IMG/VR virus record: IMGVR_UViG_3300033066_001266
Coordinates: 22,423 to 86,422 of that record
Source of the DNA: a virus
Lineage: Duplodnaviria > Heunggongvirae > Uroviricota > Caudoviricetes
DNA: 64,000 nucleotides
Strand: one strand, 5' to 3'
The number at the start of each line of letters is the position of its first letter. Position 1 is the stretch's first letter. Below the pieces are notes generated by a model, which was not told where the DNA came from, did not search any database, and worked only from the letters and a program-made list of their open reading frames with translations. Below, piece by piece: positions 1-7,251 of the stretch. The translations under genes were made by a program, and so were the position numbers.

Positions 1-43
1 AAAAGCCCTTCCCAATAAAGGCTATCAAAGACTTAAACGTAAT

Positions 44-1198
44 TTGGTATATAATGTTAAGATATATCAATATGATGAATTATTCGAAGTATTAGAACAA
101 TATCTTTACACACACTTTAATTCTAAGTATAAAGATGTAGAAGCCACCATAAGTTTAAATAATCACTATCCCGGATTTATAGACGATAAGGAAAAGAAAA
201 TTTCTTATAAACAAGAAGAAACTAATTTCTTAATTAAGTTTGAGGGAAAGAATCTTATAATTTCTAAGGCTAAAGAAAAGTTAGATAAAGCACAAGGTAT
301 CAAAGAGTTATATTTTAGAAAGTTTACTATATCTGGCTATAGAGCTAAAAAACAAATAGACAGTTTTTTAAATGTTGCTCTTCAATATTCAATAAAAAAT
401 AAGCAGAAAAACTTAGTAAAAGTCTATTCTAATAATGGTTGGGGTGAATGGATGAATTTTGGAGATATTAGAGTTAAACCATTAGATAAAACAATTATTG
501 ATGGAGATGTAAAGAAAGACCTAATAAAAGAATTAGAAGAGTTTAAAACTGCAGAGCAGTGGTATCTCGATTCTAATATAGCTTATAAAAGAGGATTTTG
601 TTTATATGGCCCTCCCGGTACAGGTAAAACTACTCTTGCTCTTGCAATAGCAAACTGCACTGAAAGAAAAGTACATTGTCTAAATCTTAATGCAATAGAA
701 AGCGATGCCAGACTTGCTCCTTGCTTTTCTGCCATAAGTGAAAATTCAATACTTCTGATTGAAGATATAGATAAGGTGTTTTCAGGTAGGGAGAATGTAA
801 AAGAAGATTCAAAGATTAGCTTTTCAGCATTGTTGAATTGCCTTGATGGTGCTTTTTACAAACATGGATTAATTACAATTATCACTACTAACCATATTGA
901 GAAGCTTGATGAAGCACTCCTCAGAACAGGAAGAATAGATACTAAGATAGAAATACCATTACCAACCTCAAAAGAAATATCAGAATATTTGTCTATATTC
1001 TATAATAAGCCTAACTTTACAATAGAGGGAGATTTTAATTTAAAAATGTCTGATATACAGGAAATCTGTCTTCAGAATAAAAACAGTCTTGATAACGCAG
1101 TAAAACAATTATATGGACAAACTACATGGGTGGATATTCACTTACAATGCCCTGAACAAAAAATGGATGGCCTCAACAAGAGAGAATTATGTGGATAA
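44..1198 (+). CDS. AAA+ family ATPase (BCS1/CbbX-like architecture: ~200 aa N-terminal domain + AAA module)
   Basis: Walker A GPPGTGKTT, Walker B ILLIEDID, sensor/Arg-finger region TTNHIEKLDEALLRTGRID. Only in-frame start after the upstream stop (17-19) is TTG at 44. Confidence 0.6.
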   Translation: MVYNVKIYQYDELFEVLEQYLYTHFNSKYKDVEATISLNNHYPGFIDDKEKKISYKQEETNFLIKFEGKNLIISKAKEKLDKAQGIKELYFRKFTISGYRAKKQIDSFLNVALQYSIKNKQKNLVKVYSNNGWGEWMNFGDIRVKPLDKTIIDGDVKKDLIKELEEFKTAEQWYLDSNIAYKRGFCLYGPPGTGKTTLALAIANCTERKVHCLNLNAIESDARLAPCFSAISENSILLIEDIDKVFSGRENVKEDSKISFSALLNCLDGAFYKHGLITIITTNHIEKLDEALLRTGRIDTKIEIPLPTSKEISEYLSIFYNKPNFTIEGDFNLKMSDIQEICLQNKNSLDNAVKQLYGQTTWVDIHLQCPEQKMDGLNKRELCG

Positions 1199-1428
1199 TT
1201 GCTGATAGAGAAGATTATAAATCTACAACTGTATATTTTTTTAAAAGCTCAGTATACAGAATAGACCAAGCTATCGAACAATTTAGAAAATTAGTATATG
1301 GAAAATAATGTAAAATATATTATCCCTGATTTAATCACAGGAGAAGAAATAGAAGTATCTTATGAGATATATAAAATATACTGTGAAATCATGGATTCAC
1401 TAGAAAAATTTGATAATGAATAATAATT

Positions 1429-1989
1429 ATGGTTATTCATTTGAATCATAAAATGTTAATTATAGATATGGAAGAAAATAAGAATATAAAAATAGGAATA
1501 CATACTGAAATGAATACGATAAAAGGTACTACTTCTACTCCATTAGGCAAGCAATCTGAAAAATACTTTATACCTTCAATAGAAGATATAAGAGTTGGGT
1601 ATGAACTTCAATATCATAATTGGTCTATGGATGAAGCTGAAGACCCAAGGCTTAATTATAATAGATGGGAAACTACAATTTTAAAAGAAGGTAACGTAAA
1701 ACATCATATGGAGTATGGTATTCGTGGTGGTGTAAGAGTTCCCTATCTAACTAAAGAACAAATAGAAGCTGAGGGATATAAACATATAGGTGGAAAATTA
1801 TTGTCTGGAGCATCTCAAGAATATTGTAAAGAGGGTTTAGCAGGAGTAAGAATTCGATATTCAGAAAGAGACAGAGAACTAGTTATAGATAATGGAGAAG
1901 AGTATGAACAAAATAACACTTTCTATTATGGAGAATGCAAAGATATAAACACATTTAGATATATTTGTAAATTATTAAATATAAAATAA
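1429..1989 (+). CDS. hypothetical protein
   Basis: 186-aa ORF, no recognisable motif; true start may be an internal Met. Confidence 0.35.
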   Translation: MVIHLNHKMLIIDMEENKNIKIGIHTEMNTIKGTTSTPLGKQSEKYFIPSIEDIRVGYELQYHNWSMDEAEDPRLNYNRWETTILKEGNVKHHMEYGIRGGVRVPYLTKEQIEAEGYKHIGGKLLSGASQEYCKEGLAGVRIRYSERDRELVIDNGEEYEQNNTFYYGECKDINTFRYICKLLNIK

Positions 1990-2732
1990 TGGGTAAATTA
2001 AAAATTGATTTAAAATGGGTTGTAATTATATTGTTGTCTGTAGCGTTATTATGGTCTATGAGAACTTGTAATAACAGAGATGGTCAAATATCTCAGTTAC
2101 AGTTAGAGAAGCAAACCACAGACAGTATAGTAAATAAATATGGACAGACTATACTTACACAAGAAACTATAGTTACCAATAATGAAATGGCTATTAAACA
2201 GCTTACAGACAGTATATTTAACCTTACTAAAGCTCAAGATAGAAAAATTAAAGATGTAATAGCTTATTATACATCTACATCTAAAATTATAGTTAAGGAC
2301 AAACTTGTACCATATATAGATGCACAGGCTCGTAAGCAATGGGAAGATTCAGTCAACAGAGTTTGTAAGAATGTGATAGATTACTATGAAGCAAATACCA
2401 TTGGTGTTCCAAGAACAGCTACTGATAGTACAACTGATTATAAAGCTACATTTACAGCTAAGACAAATGGTATATATATAGATAGTTTAATAATACCTGA
2501 TAACCAGTATATTCGCTTTGTTACATTTAAGGGTGGGGTATTAAAAAAGGATGCTTCAGGTAAAAGACATCTATTTACAAAGCGCTCTGTACAAGTACAA
2601 GTATTACATACAAACAAATTATTACAAGTAACAGGACAAAACTCAGCAATTTACATTCCAACCAAGAAAGCTAATATACTTGCAAAAGCGTTTCTTATAG
2701 GTGGTGGAATATTCATAGGGACTAAACTTTAA
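1989..2732 (+). CDS. hypothetical membrane-anchored protein
   Basis: N-terminal hydrophobic helix WVVIILLSVALLWSM; start overlaps stop of upstream ORF (ATGA-type coupling). Confidence 0.4.
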   Translation: MGKLKIDLKWVVIILLSVALLWSMRTCNNRDGQISQLQLEKQTTDSIVNKYGQTILTQETIVTNNEMAIKQLTDSIFNLTKAQDRKIKDVIAYYTSTSKIIVKDKLVPYIDAQARKQWEDSVNRVCKNVIDYYEANTIGVPRTATDSTTDYKATFTAKTNGIYIDSLIIPDNQYIRFVTFKGGVLKKDASGKRHLFTKRSVQVQVLHTNKLLQVTGQNSAIYIPTKKANILAKAFLIGGGIFIGTKL

Positions 2733-2734
2733 AT

Positions 2735-2962
2735 ATGTTTAATAATTTAGCAAAAGAAATACATATATTGTTTCCACAAAATAAAATAAAACAAAGAACA
2801 ATTTCTATAGAAGTTACTAATAAAGAATTAGAAAAATTATATAAAGATATGATTCAACACTTTAATTTTCAAACTGATATAATTTATAGTGGAAAAGACT
2901 TTGGAATTGAAAATGCAAAATTTGCAAGTATAATAACCCCCCTTATTAAAAATAAACTTTAA
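2735..2962 (+). CDS. hypothetical protein
   Basis: 75-aa ORF tightly packed in operon. Confidence 0.3.
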   Translation: MFNNLAKEIHILFPQNKIKQRTISIEVTNKELEKLYKDMIQHFNFQTDIIYSGKDFGIENAKFASIITPLIKNKL

Positions 2963-2968
2963 ATTGAT

Positions 2969-3322
2969 ATGAGATTAGAATTACCAGTTAGATGGACAGA
3001 AACAGATAAAGAAGCAGAAAGGATTAATGAACTTACAAACTCAGATCCTAAACCAGAATCTAAATACAGTTATGGAAGGTTATCAATTGATTCTGAGGAA
3101 ATTGGACCATATTATGATATAGATGATAGACATATAATGGTTAATGATAAAAATGGTAAGATATATTGTGTCGCTGTTCCTTTCGATGAATTTAAAAAAA
3201 TATTTACTGAAGTTACTGGTAAAGCAATTCTTGCCTTACAAACTAAAGAAGAATATAAATCTAGCAGACCAAAGAAAAAGAAAAATGATGATGGTGATAT
3301 AGATGATATTTTAAACGGATAA
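2969..3322 (+). CDS. hypothetical acidic protein
   Basis: 117-aa ORF with an acidic tail (DDGDIDDILNG). Confidence 0.35.
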   Translation: MRLELPVRWTETDKEAERINELTNSDPKPESKYSYGRLSIDSEEIGPYYDIDDRHIMVNDKNGKIYCVAVPFDEFKKIFTEVTGKAILALQTKEEYKSSRPKKKKNDDGDIDDILNG

Positions 3323-3330
3323 GATTTATA

Positions 3331-3362
3331 TTTGGAATATAAATACATTTGATGTATATTTG
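3331..3362 (+). promoter_or_regulatory. Bacteroidetes-type promoter (-33 TTTG 3331-3334; -7 TATATTTG 3355-3362, spacing 20)
   Basis: Matches the TTTG/TAnnTTTG consensus. Followed by an ~85-nt 5'UTR with a hairpin (gtctt/aagac) before ATG 3451. Confidence 0.55.
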
Positions 3363-3450
3363 ATTACAATAATTTAAGCAAGCTTTGGGTCTTGAACCGA
3401 AGACTTAGATAATTCTAAGCAAAAAGTTTGCTAATAAAAAACAAATTAAA

Positions 3451-4233
3451 ATGAAAACAAACAATTCTGTACAGGGATGTACAGCAGAAATTACTGTGAA
3501 GAAAAACAGTTTGAAGAAGTACAATGGTAATCATTATCTAAAAAGTGGTCAGGAATTTGAAATTCTTTTGAGAAATACCACAAAAGATACTGTGATGGCT
3601 ACCATTAAAATTAATGGAAAGGATGTATCTAATACAGGTCTAGTGCTTAAACCGGGTCAAAAAGTATATTTAGAAAGATACTTAGATCAAAATAAAAAAT
3701 TTCTATTTGAAACTTATTTAGTAGATAGAACTGAAGAGGTTATGAAAGCCATTGAAGATAATGGTAATATAGAAGTTTCTTTCTTTAAAGAGAAAATTAC
3801 ATTACCAGTTGTAAATACAAGCTTTACTATTTCAGTAACCCCTGACTGGTATAATTACACTAATACAGGTACAGCAATTGGTTTTAATGCTCTTTCAAAG
3901 ACTAGTAGCAACTCATTTTATAATTCAGCTGTCTTTAATCAAAGTGTTAATTCTCTAAAAAGTAGAAAGCCATCAGCAGAAGTAGTTTATGATGCATCAT
4001 TGGATGAAATAGAAACTGGTAGGGTAGGGAAAGGAAGCGCTTCAAATCAATCTTTTTATAATTATACAGGAGAATTTGAAAGATATCCATTCAGAGTTAT
4101 AAGTTTAAAATTGCTTCCACAATCACTTAAACCATTGGAAGTTAAAGACTTAGCTACATATTGTACTAATTGTGGAACAAAGAATAGAAAAAGTAATTAT
4201 AAATTTTGCCCTAAATGTGGCAATAAATACTAA
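3451..4233 (+). CDS. hypothetical protein with C-terminal zinc ribbon
   Basis: C-terminus CTNCGTKNRKSNYKFCPKCGNKY (CxxC-X12-CxxC). Confidence 0.45.
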   Translation: MKTNNSVQGCTAEITVKKNSLKKYNGNHYLKSGQEFEILLRNTTKDTVMATIKINGKDVSNTGLVLKPGQKVYLERYLDQNKKFLFETYLVDRTEEVMKAIEDNGNIEVSFFKEKITLPVVNTSFTISVTPDWYNYTNTGTAIGFNALSKTSSNSFYNSAVFNQSVNSLKSRKPSAEVVYDASLDEIETGRVGKGSASNQSFYNYTGEFERYPFRVISLKLLPQSLKPLEVKDLATYCTNCGTKNRKSNYKFCPKCGNKY

Positions 4234-4383
4234 ACTATGTTATTAGATATATTAATAGATAATAATCACTTAATTGGTGTTACCAAAATAGAGCATCACA
4301 GATATTTTACAAAATTCTTTCTTGACGAAAGAATATATGTAGGTAGTTCAAATTATAATATTTTAAAGAAATATTAAAATAAA

Positions 4384-4414
4384 TTTGGTAGATTGAAATA
4401 AATAACTTATCTTT
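4384..4414 (+). promoter_or_regulatory. putative promoter (TTTG 4384-4387; -7-like TATCTTTA 4407-4414)
   Basis: aaatttggta motif shared with other promoters; -7 box imperfect. Confidence 0.35.
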
Positions 4415-4420
4415 ATATAG

Positions 4421-4543
4421 ATGAAAGAGAATTTTATGAATATGATTAATAGAAATATGATAAATCGTGTGTGGCATACGCCGTGTACCCAATGTCCTTT
4501 TGGACAGTTTGGACAAGGGTGTATTGCATGTATATTAAGATAA
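4421..4543 (+). CDS. Cys-rich micro-protein (40 aa) MKENFMNMINRNMINRVWHTPCTQCPFGQFGQGCIACILR
   Basis: Hand-translated ORF below the ORF-track cutoff. CxxC-X9-CxxC zinc-ribbon-like spacing. Preceded by promoter-like motif and followed by terminator 4567-4606. Confidence 0.3.
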   Translation: MKENFMNMINRNMINRVWHTPCTQCPFGQFGQGCIACILR

Positions 4544-4566
4544 CGTATTATTCGAATATATTTACA

Positions 4567-4606
4567 ATCCCCTCAACTTCAAATAGTTAGAGGGGATTTT
4601 TATTTC
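4567..4606 (+). terminator. rho-independent terminator
   Basis: Stem atcccctc (4567-4574) / gaggggat (4590-4597) followed by T-run tttttattt. Confidence 0.6.
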
Positions 4607-4679
4607 TGGAAGTGACTGAGGTTTTAAGCATCTGTGATTTGGAATCATGGATTAGCCAGTTCGATTCTGGTCTTCCGGA
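4606..4679 (+). tRNA. tRNA-Pro(TGG) (probable)
   Basis: Acceptor ctggaag/cttccgg, anticodon arm tgtga-tttggaa-tcatg, T-arm gccag-ttcgatt-ctggt. D-stem is poor. Confidence 0.5.
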
Positions 4680-4682
4680 CAT

Positions 4683-4756
4683 GCCTACAGAAGCTCATGT
4701 GGAAGAGCAAGCGCCTTGTAAGCGCAAGGTTGTCGGTTCGAACCCGATCTTAGGCT
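4683..4756 (+). tRNA. tRNA-Thr(TGT) with 1-nt bulge in acceptor stem; CCA encoded
   Basis: D-arm gctc/gagc, anticodon arm agcgc-cttgtaa-gcgca, T-arm gtcgg-ttcgaac-ccgat, 3' cttaggc-t-cca. 5' strand gccta(c)ag pairs only if C4688 is bulged. Confidence 0.55.
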
Positions 4757-4760
4757 CCAT

Positions 4761-4831
4761 GGTCCTCTGGCCGAATGGCGAGGCACAGCTCTGCAAAAGC
4801 TGATATATCAGTTCAACTCTGATGGGGACCT
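4761..4831 (+). tRNA. tRNA-Cys(GCA)
   Basis: Acceptor ggtcctc/ggggacc, D-stem gcc/ggc, anticodon arm cagct-ctgcaaa-agctg, T-arm atcag-ttcaact-ctgat. Confidence 0.75.
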
Positions 4832-4882
4832 CATAGCAGATGTTTGGGAAGGTGGAAACTGCTTAAAAAATTCCCCTGCTCA

Positions 4883-4954
4883 GGTGATGTAGCTCAGAGG
4901 TAGAGCAGAGCGTTGAAGGCGCTCGTGTCGGGGTTTCGATATCCTCCATCACCA
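4883..4954 (+). tRNA. tRNA-Phe(GAA)
   Basis: Perfect acceptor ggtgatg/catcacc, D-arm gctc-agaggta-gagc, anticodon arm gagcg-ttgaagg-cgctc, T-loop ttcgata. Confidence 0.9.
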
Positions 4955-4997
4955 CGAGAGGGTTGTAAGTGACGTCTAGAAAAGGGAACTTTCAAAT

Positions 4998-5069
4998 GCG
5001 TGTGTAGTGTAGCTGGTAACACAGCAGTCTCCAAAACTGTACTCACCTGTTCGAATCGGGTCATACGTG
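4998..5069 (+). tRNA. tRNA-Trp(CCA)
   Basis: Acceptor gcgtgtg/catacgt (2 G-U), D-arm gtgt-agctggta-acac, anticodon arm gcagt-ctccaaa-actgt, T-arm acctg-ttcgaat-cgggt. Confidence 0.85.
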
Positions 5070-5075
5070 CAATAT

Positions 5076-5146
5076 TTTCATGTAGTGTAATGGTAGCACA
5101 AGGGTCTTTGACCCCCTTAGTTAAAGTTCGACCCTTTACGTGAAAA
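5076..5146 (+). tRNA. tRNA-Gln(TTG)
   Basis: Acceptor tttcatg/cgtgaaa, D-arm gtgt-aatggta-gcac, anticodon arm agggt-ctttgac-cccct (one U-C mismatch), T-arm taaag-ttcgacc-cttta. Confidence 0.7.
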
Positions 5147-5151
5147 CATAT

Positions 5152-5228
5152 GGTGGTTATCGCTTAAATGGAATTAAAGCGCCTTCCTGTGAAGAAGGAG
5201 AGTACCGGATCGTACCCGGTTAGTCACC
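5152..5228 (+). tRNA. tRNA-His(GTG) with encoded G-1; CCA encoded
   Basis: G-1 (5152) plus acceptor gtggtta/tagtcac, discriminator C73, D-arm gctt/aagc, anticodon arm ccttc-ctgtgaa-gaagg, T-arm accgg-atcgtac-ccggt, then cca. Confidence 0.85.
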
Positions 5229-5232
5229 CCAT

Positions 5233-5304
5233 GCAGATATAGCTTAATGGAAAAGCACTTCGCTACGAACGAAGAGACTATGAGTTCGACCCTCCTTATC
5301 TGTT
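5233..5304 (+). tRNA. tRNA-Arg(ACG)
   Basis: Acceptor gcagata/tatctgt, D-arm gctt-aatggaa-aagc, anticodon arm cttcg-ctacgaa-cgaag, T-loop ttcgacc. Confidence 0.85.
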
Positions 5305-5314
5305 CTAAATTTAT

Positions 5315-5345
5315 TTGGTTATTCAGTTTATTTGATGTATATTTG
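5315..5345 (+). promoter_or_regulatory. Bacteroidetes-type promoter inside tRNA array (TTTG 5315-5318; TATATTTG 5338-5345, spacing 19)
   Basis: Consensus match immediately upstream of the tRNA-like element at 5351. Confidence 0.5.
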
Positions 5346-5350
5346 TATAT

Positions 5351-5422
5351 GGTTCTGTGTGAGTAATGGCAACCCAACTGGCTTTCAATCCAGCGATAGC
5401 AGTTCGATTCTGCTCAGAATCA
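5351..5422 (+). tRNA. tRNA-like element (Glu-TTC-like anticodon loop but 8-nt loop and no D-stem); possibly pseudo/aberrant tRNA
   Basis: Good acceptor ggttctg/cagaatc and T-arm agcag-ttcgatt-ctgct. Anticodon hairpin ctgg-ctttcaat-ccag has an 8-nt loop; no D-stem pairing found. Confidence 0.3.
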
Positions 5423-5551
5423 CTAAAATTAAAATATGGATCATCCAGCTGAACACGAAATATTAGAAATAAGGAATGATGGTCCAAGAGAACCAATAAT
5501 ATCTGAAAAAATTTTAACACATAAATATGAAAGAAGAACAGTTAGGCTGAA

Positions 5552-5908
5552 TTGCAAGATAATGCAAAATTAGTCGTAATAACCAGATCAGATATATCTG
5601 ATGGTTACAAAGCAGTTCAAAGTACTCACGCTGCTATTAATTTTATTTTTGAACATCCAGGAAGAGCTGGACCTTGGTTTTACAATTCTAATTACTTAGC
5701 GCAATTAGAAGCAAAAGATGAATCACATTTAGAACGCTTAATTGAGAAATGCATTAAGCTAGAGTTGATTCACACAGTATTTAGAGAACCTGATATAGGT
5801 AATCAAATTACTGCAATAGCAATAGAACCAAGTAATTTAACAAGAAAGGTAACTTCAAACTTACCCTTATTATTCAAAAATAAAACTAATAACAATGAAA
5901 CAGAATAA
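5552..5908 (+). CDS. peptidyl-tRNA hydrolase, PTH2 family
   Basis: KLVVITRSDISDGYKAVQSTHAAINF matches the PTH2 core (VVxRxDL..GK.AAQ..HAA). TTG start. Confidence 0.55.
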   Translation: MQDNAKLVVITRSDISDGYKAVQSTHAAINFIFEHPGRAGPWFYNSNYLAQLEAKDESHLERLIEKCIKLELIHTVFREPDIGNQITAIAIEPSNLTRKVTSNLPLLFKNKTNNNETE

Positions 5909-6224
5909 AATAGCCATGAAAACCATGGCAATAAAAGCAAGAGTAGCTAATTTTTTAAGAACTGAACTTTATGGATATAGTAACAATGATTATCAGATAA
6001 AGTATGGTAAAAAGAAATCAATATCTGAAATAGATAGTAAAGCATTTCTTGAGAAACTTTTTACACTTGTTCATGAGATGAATTCAGAACTTGGAGCATA
6101 TAAAAGGAAAAGACAGGATAAAGCCAAATTGCTTGAAAAACGCTTGAATTCCCCACAAACTAAGTCAATGATAAAAAAACTTAGGGGAAAAGTGAAAAAA
6201 GATTTGGTAGATTCACAAAAATAG
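5895..6224 (+). CDS. hypothetical basic protein
   Basis: 109-aa Lys/Arg-rich ORF; 3' end overlaps the promoter at 6204-6234. Confidence 0.4.
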   Translation: MKQNKIAMKTMAIKARVANFLRTELYGYSNNDYQIKYGKKKSISEIDSKAFLEKLFTLVHEMNSELGAYKRKRQDKAKLLEKRLNSPQTKSMIKKLRGKVKKDLVDSQK

Positions 6225-6234
6225 TGTATATTTG
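6204..6234 (+). promoter_or_regulatory. Bacteroidetes-type promoter (TTTG 6204-6207; TATATTTG 6227-6234)
   Basis: 20-mer aaaatagtgtatatttgtat is identical to the promoter at 10589-10608. Drives a non-coding leader plus tRNA-Lys/Val/Arg. Confidence 0.55.
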
Positions 6235-6364
6235 TATAAATAATAAATAAATGTTACAATTAGTCAATATAGCGGATAGAAATAATATCGGAGGCATTGA
6301 GAAATGTGCTTCAGGTATTCTATTGTTTGATGTTATAGTTTGATTAAAATAACAAAGATAAAGA

Positions 6365-6405
6365 ATCCCTGAAGCACCACTAAGCTTCGGGGATTTTTGT
6401 TTTAT
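6365..6405 (+). terminator. rho-independent terminator / processing hairpin
   Basis: atccctgaagc (6365-6375) / gcttcggggat (6384-6394), 10/11 bp, followed by ttttgttttat. Confidence 0.55.
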
Positions 6406-6476
6406 TCCCTTGAAGCTTTAAGGTGAAGCTACTGGCTTTTAACCAGTAGAACTTGGATCGTTACCAGGCGGGGGAA
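6406..6476 (+). tRNA. tRNA-Lys(TTT)
   Basis: Acceptor tcccttg/cggggga, D-arm gctt-taaggtg-aagc, anticodon arm actgg-cttttaa-ccagt, T-arm cttgg-atcgtta-ccagg. Confidence 0.8.
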
Positions 6477-6486
6477 CTTTAAAATT

Positions 6487-6557
6487 GCTCCTTTAGTTTA
6501 AAGGTAAAACCCTAGCCTTACATGCTAGTGTCATCCGTTCGATTCGGTTAAGGAGTA
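6487..6557 (+). tRNA. tRNA-Val(TAC)
   Basis: Acceptor gctcctt/aaggagt, D-arm gttt-aaaggta-aaac, anticodon arm ctagc-cttacat-gctag, T-loop ttcgatt. Confidence 0.85.
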
Positions 6558-6564
6558 CGAACAA

Positions 6565-6638
6565 GCTCTTATGGTGTAATGGATTAGCACGACATTTTTC
6601 TAAATTGTAAAGTATCAGTTCGAGTCTGGTTAAGAGTT
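6565..6638 (+). tRNA. tRNA-Arg(TCT)
   Basis: Acceptor gctctta/taagagt, D-arm gtgt/gcac, anticodon arm acatt-tttctaa-attgt (one U-U), T-arm atcag-ttcgagt-ctggt. Confidence 0.75.
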
Positions 6639-6677
6639 CAGGTCAGTTATTCCTTCTGCGTGTAGTTAAAAAGGATT

Positions 6678-6695
6678 TGTTGATGTAGCTCAGAG
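6678..6695 (+). other. truncated tRNA-Phe 5' fragment (17/18 identity to 4883-4900)
   Basis: gttgatgtagctcagag vs ggtgatgtagctcagag of tRNA-Phe. Breaks off into the HNH promoter region. Confidence 0.6.
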
Positions 6696-6710
6696 TATAA
6701 ATAAAATAAA

Positions 6711-6742
6711 TTTGGTATTCTGAGTTATTTTTCATATATTAT
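6711..6742 (+). promoter_or_regulatory. putative promoter for HNH gene (TTTG 6711-6714; -7-like TATATTAT 6735-6742)
   Basis: aaataaatttggta motif shared with other promoters. Confidence 0.45.
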
Positions 6743-6759
6743 AATATAAAGTTATAATT

Positions 6760-7251
6760 ATGGAAAAAGAAATTTTAAGTACTTTTGTAAATGATGGTAA
6801 ATCTTCACATGAAATATCTAAAATAACAGGTAAAAGTCAGACAACTATCCGTTATTGGTTAAAAAAATATGAATTAAAAACATCGTGGTATCAATTTCAA
6901 AAGAAAACAAAATTTGGAACTCAAGCTGTTTGTAATAAACATGGATTAACTGAATATTCTAATAAGAATAGATGTAGAAAATGTTTAGTTGAGGCAGTTC
7001 AGAAAAGAAGAGAACTAATTAAAGTTAAAGCAGTTAACTATAAAGGAGGAAAATGCAGTATCTGTGGATATGATAAATATATAGGAGCCTTAGAATTTCA
7101 TCATTTAAATCCAGAAGTAAAAGATTTTTCAATAAGTTATAGGGGTCATACAAGATCTTGGGAAAAAGTTAAAGAAGAAATAGATAAATGTATATTAGTA
7201 TGTTCTAATTGTCACAGAGAAGTTCATGCAAAATTGTTTGAGTTGCCATAG
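6760..7251 (+). CDS. HNH homing endonuclease with N-terminal HTH domain
   Basis: CSICGYDKYIGALEFHHLNP...CSNCHREVH (HNH motif). N-terminal KSQTTIRYWLKKY is paralogous to 8786-9304. Confidence 0.7.
   Translation: MEKEILSTFVNDGKSSHEISKITGKSQTTIRYWLKKYELKTSWYQFQKKTKFGTQAVCNKHGLTEYSNKNRCRKCLVEAVQKRRELIKVKAVNYKGGKCSICGYDKYIGALEFHHLNPEVKDFSISYRGHTRSWEKVKEEIDKCILVCSNCHREVHAKLFELP

Noticed and set aside
41-80. aatttggtat at 41-50 as a promoter for the AAA ATPase
   Set aside because: There is no acceptable TAnnTTTG -7 element 19-21 bp downstream. TTG at 44 is the only available in-frame start, so the motif resemblance is likely coincidental.
1298-1423. 41-aa ORF MENNVKYIIPDLITGEEIEVSYEIYKIYCEIMDSLEKFDNE in the 230-bp gap after the ATPase gene
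   Set aside because: There is only weak -7-like context (tatatttt at 1232-1239) and no -33 element. It is noted as possible but too uncertain to list as a feature.
2103-3348. Minus-strand ORFs 2103-2339 and 3112-3348
   Set aside because: Antisense to well-packed + strand genes, with poly-F/I/Y compositions typical of AT-rich noise.
4313-4335. 8-bp hairpin attctttc-ttgac-gaaagaat downstream of CDS 3451-4233
   Set aside because: No U-run follows, and it contains a TTGACG-like hexamer. It could be a weak terminator or a coincidence, so it is not called.
4307-4516. minus-strand 69-aa ORF
   Set aside because: Ile/Tyr/Asn-rich low-complexity translation of AT-rich DNA, antisense to a promoter plus micro-ORF with better context. 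Treated as spurious.
4612-5520. ORF-track ORFs 4612-4803(+), 5174-5377(-), 5323-5520(-) and 8391-8639(-)
   Set aside because: They lie entirely across tRNA genes. Translations are low-complexity and have no promoter context.
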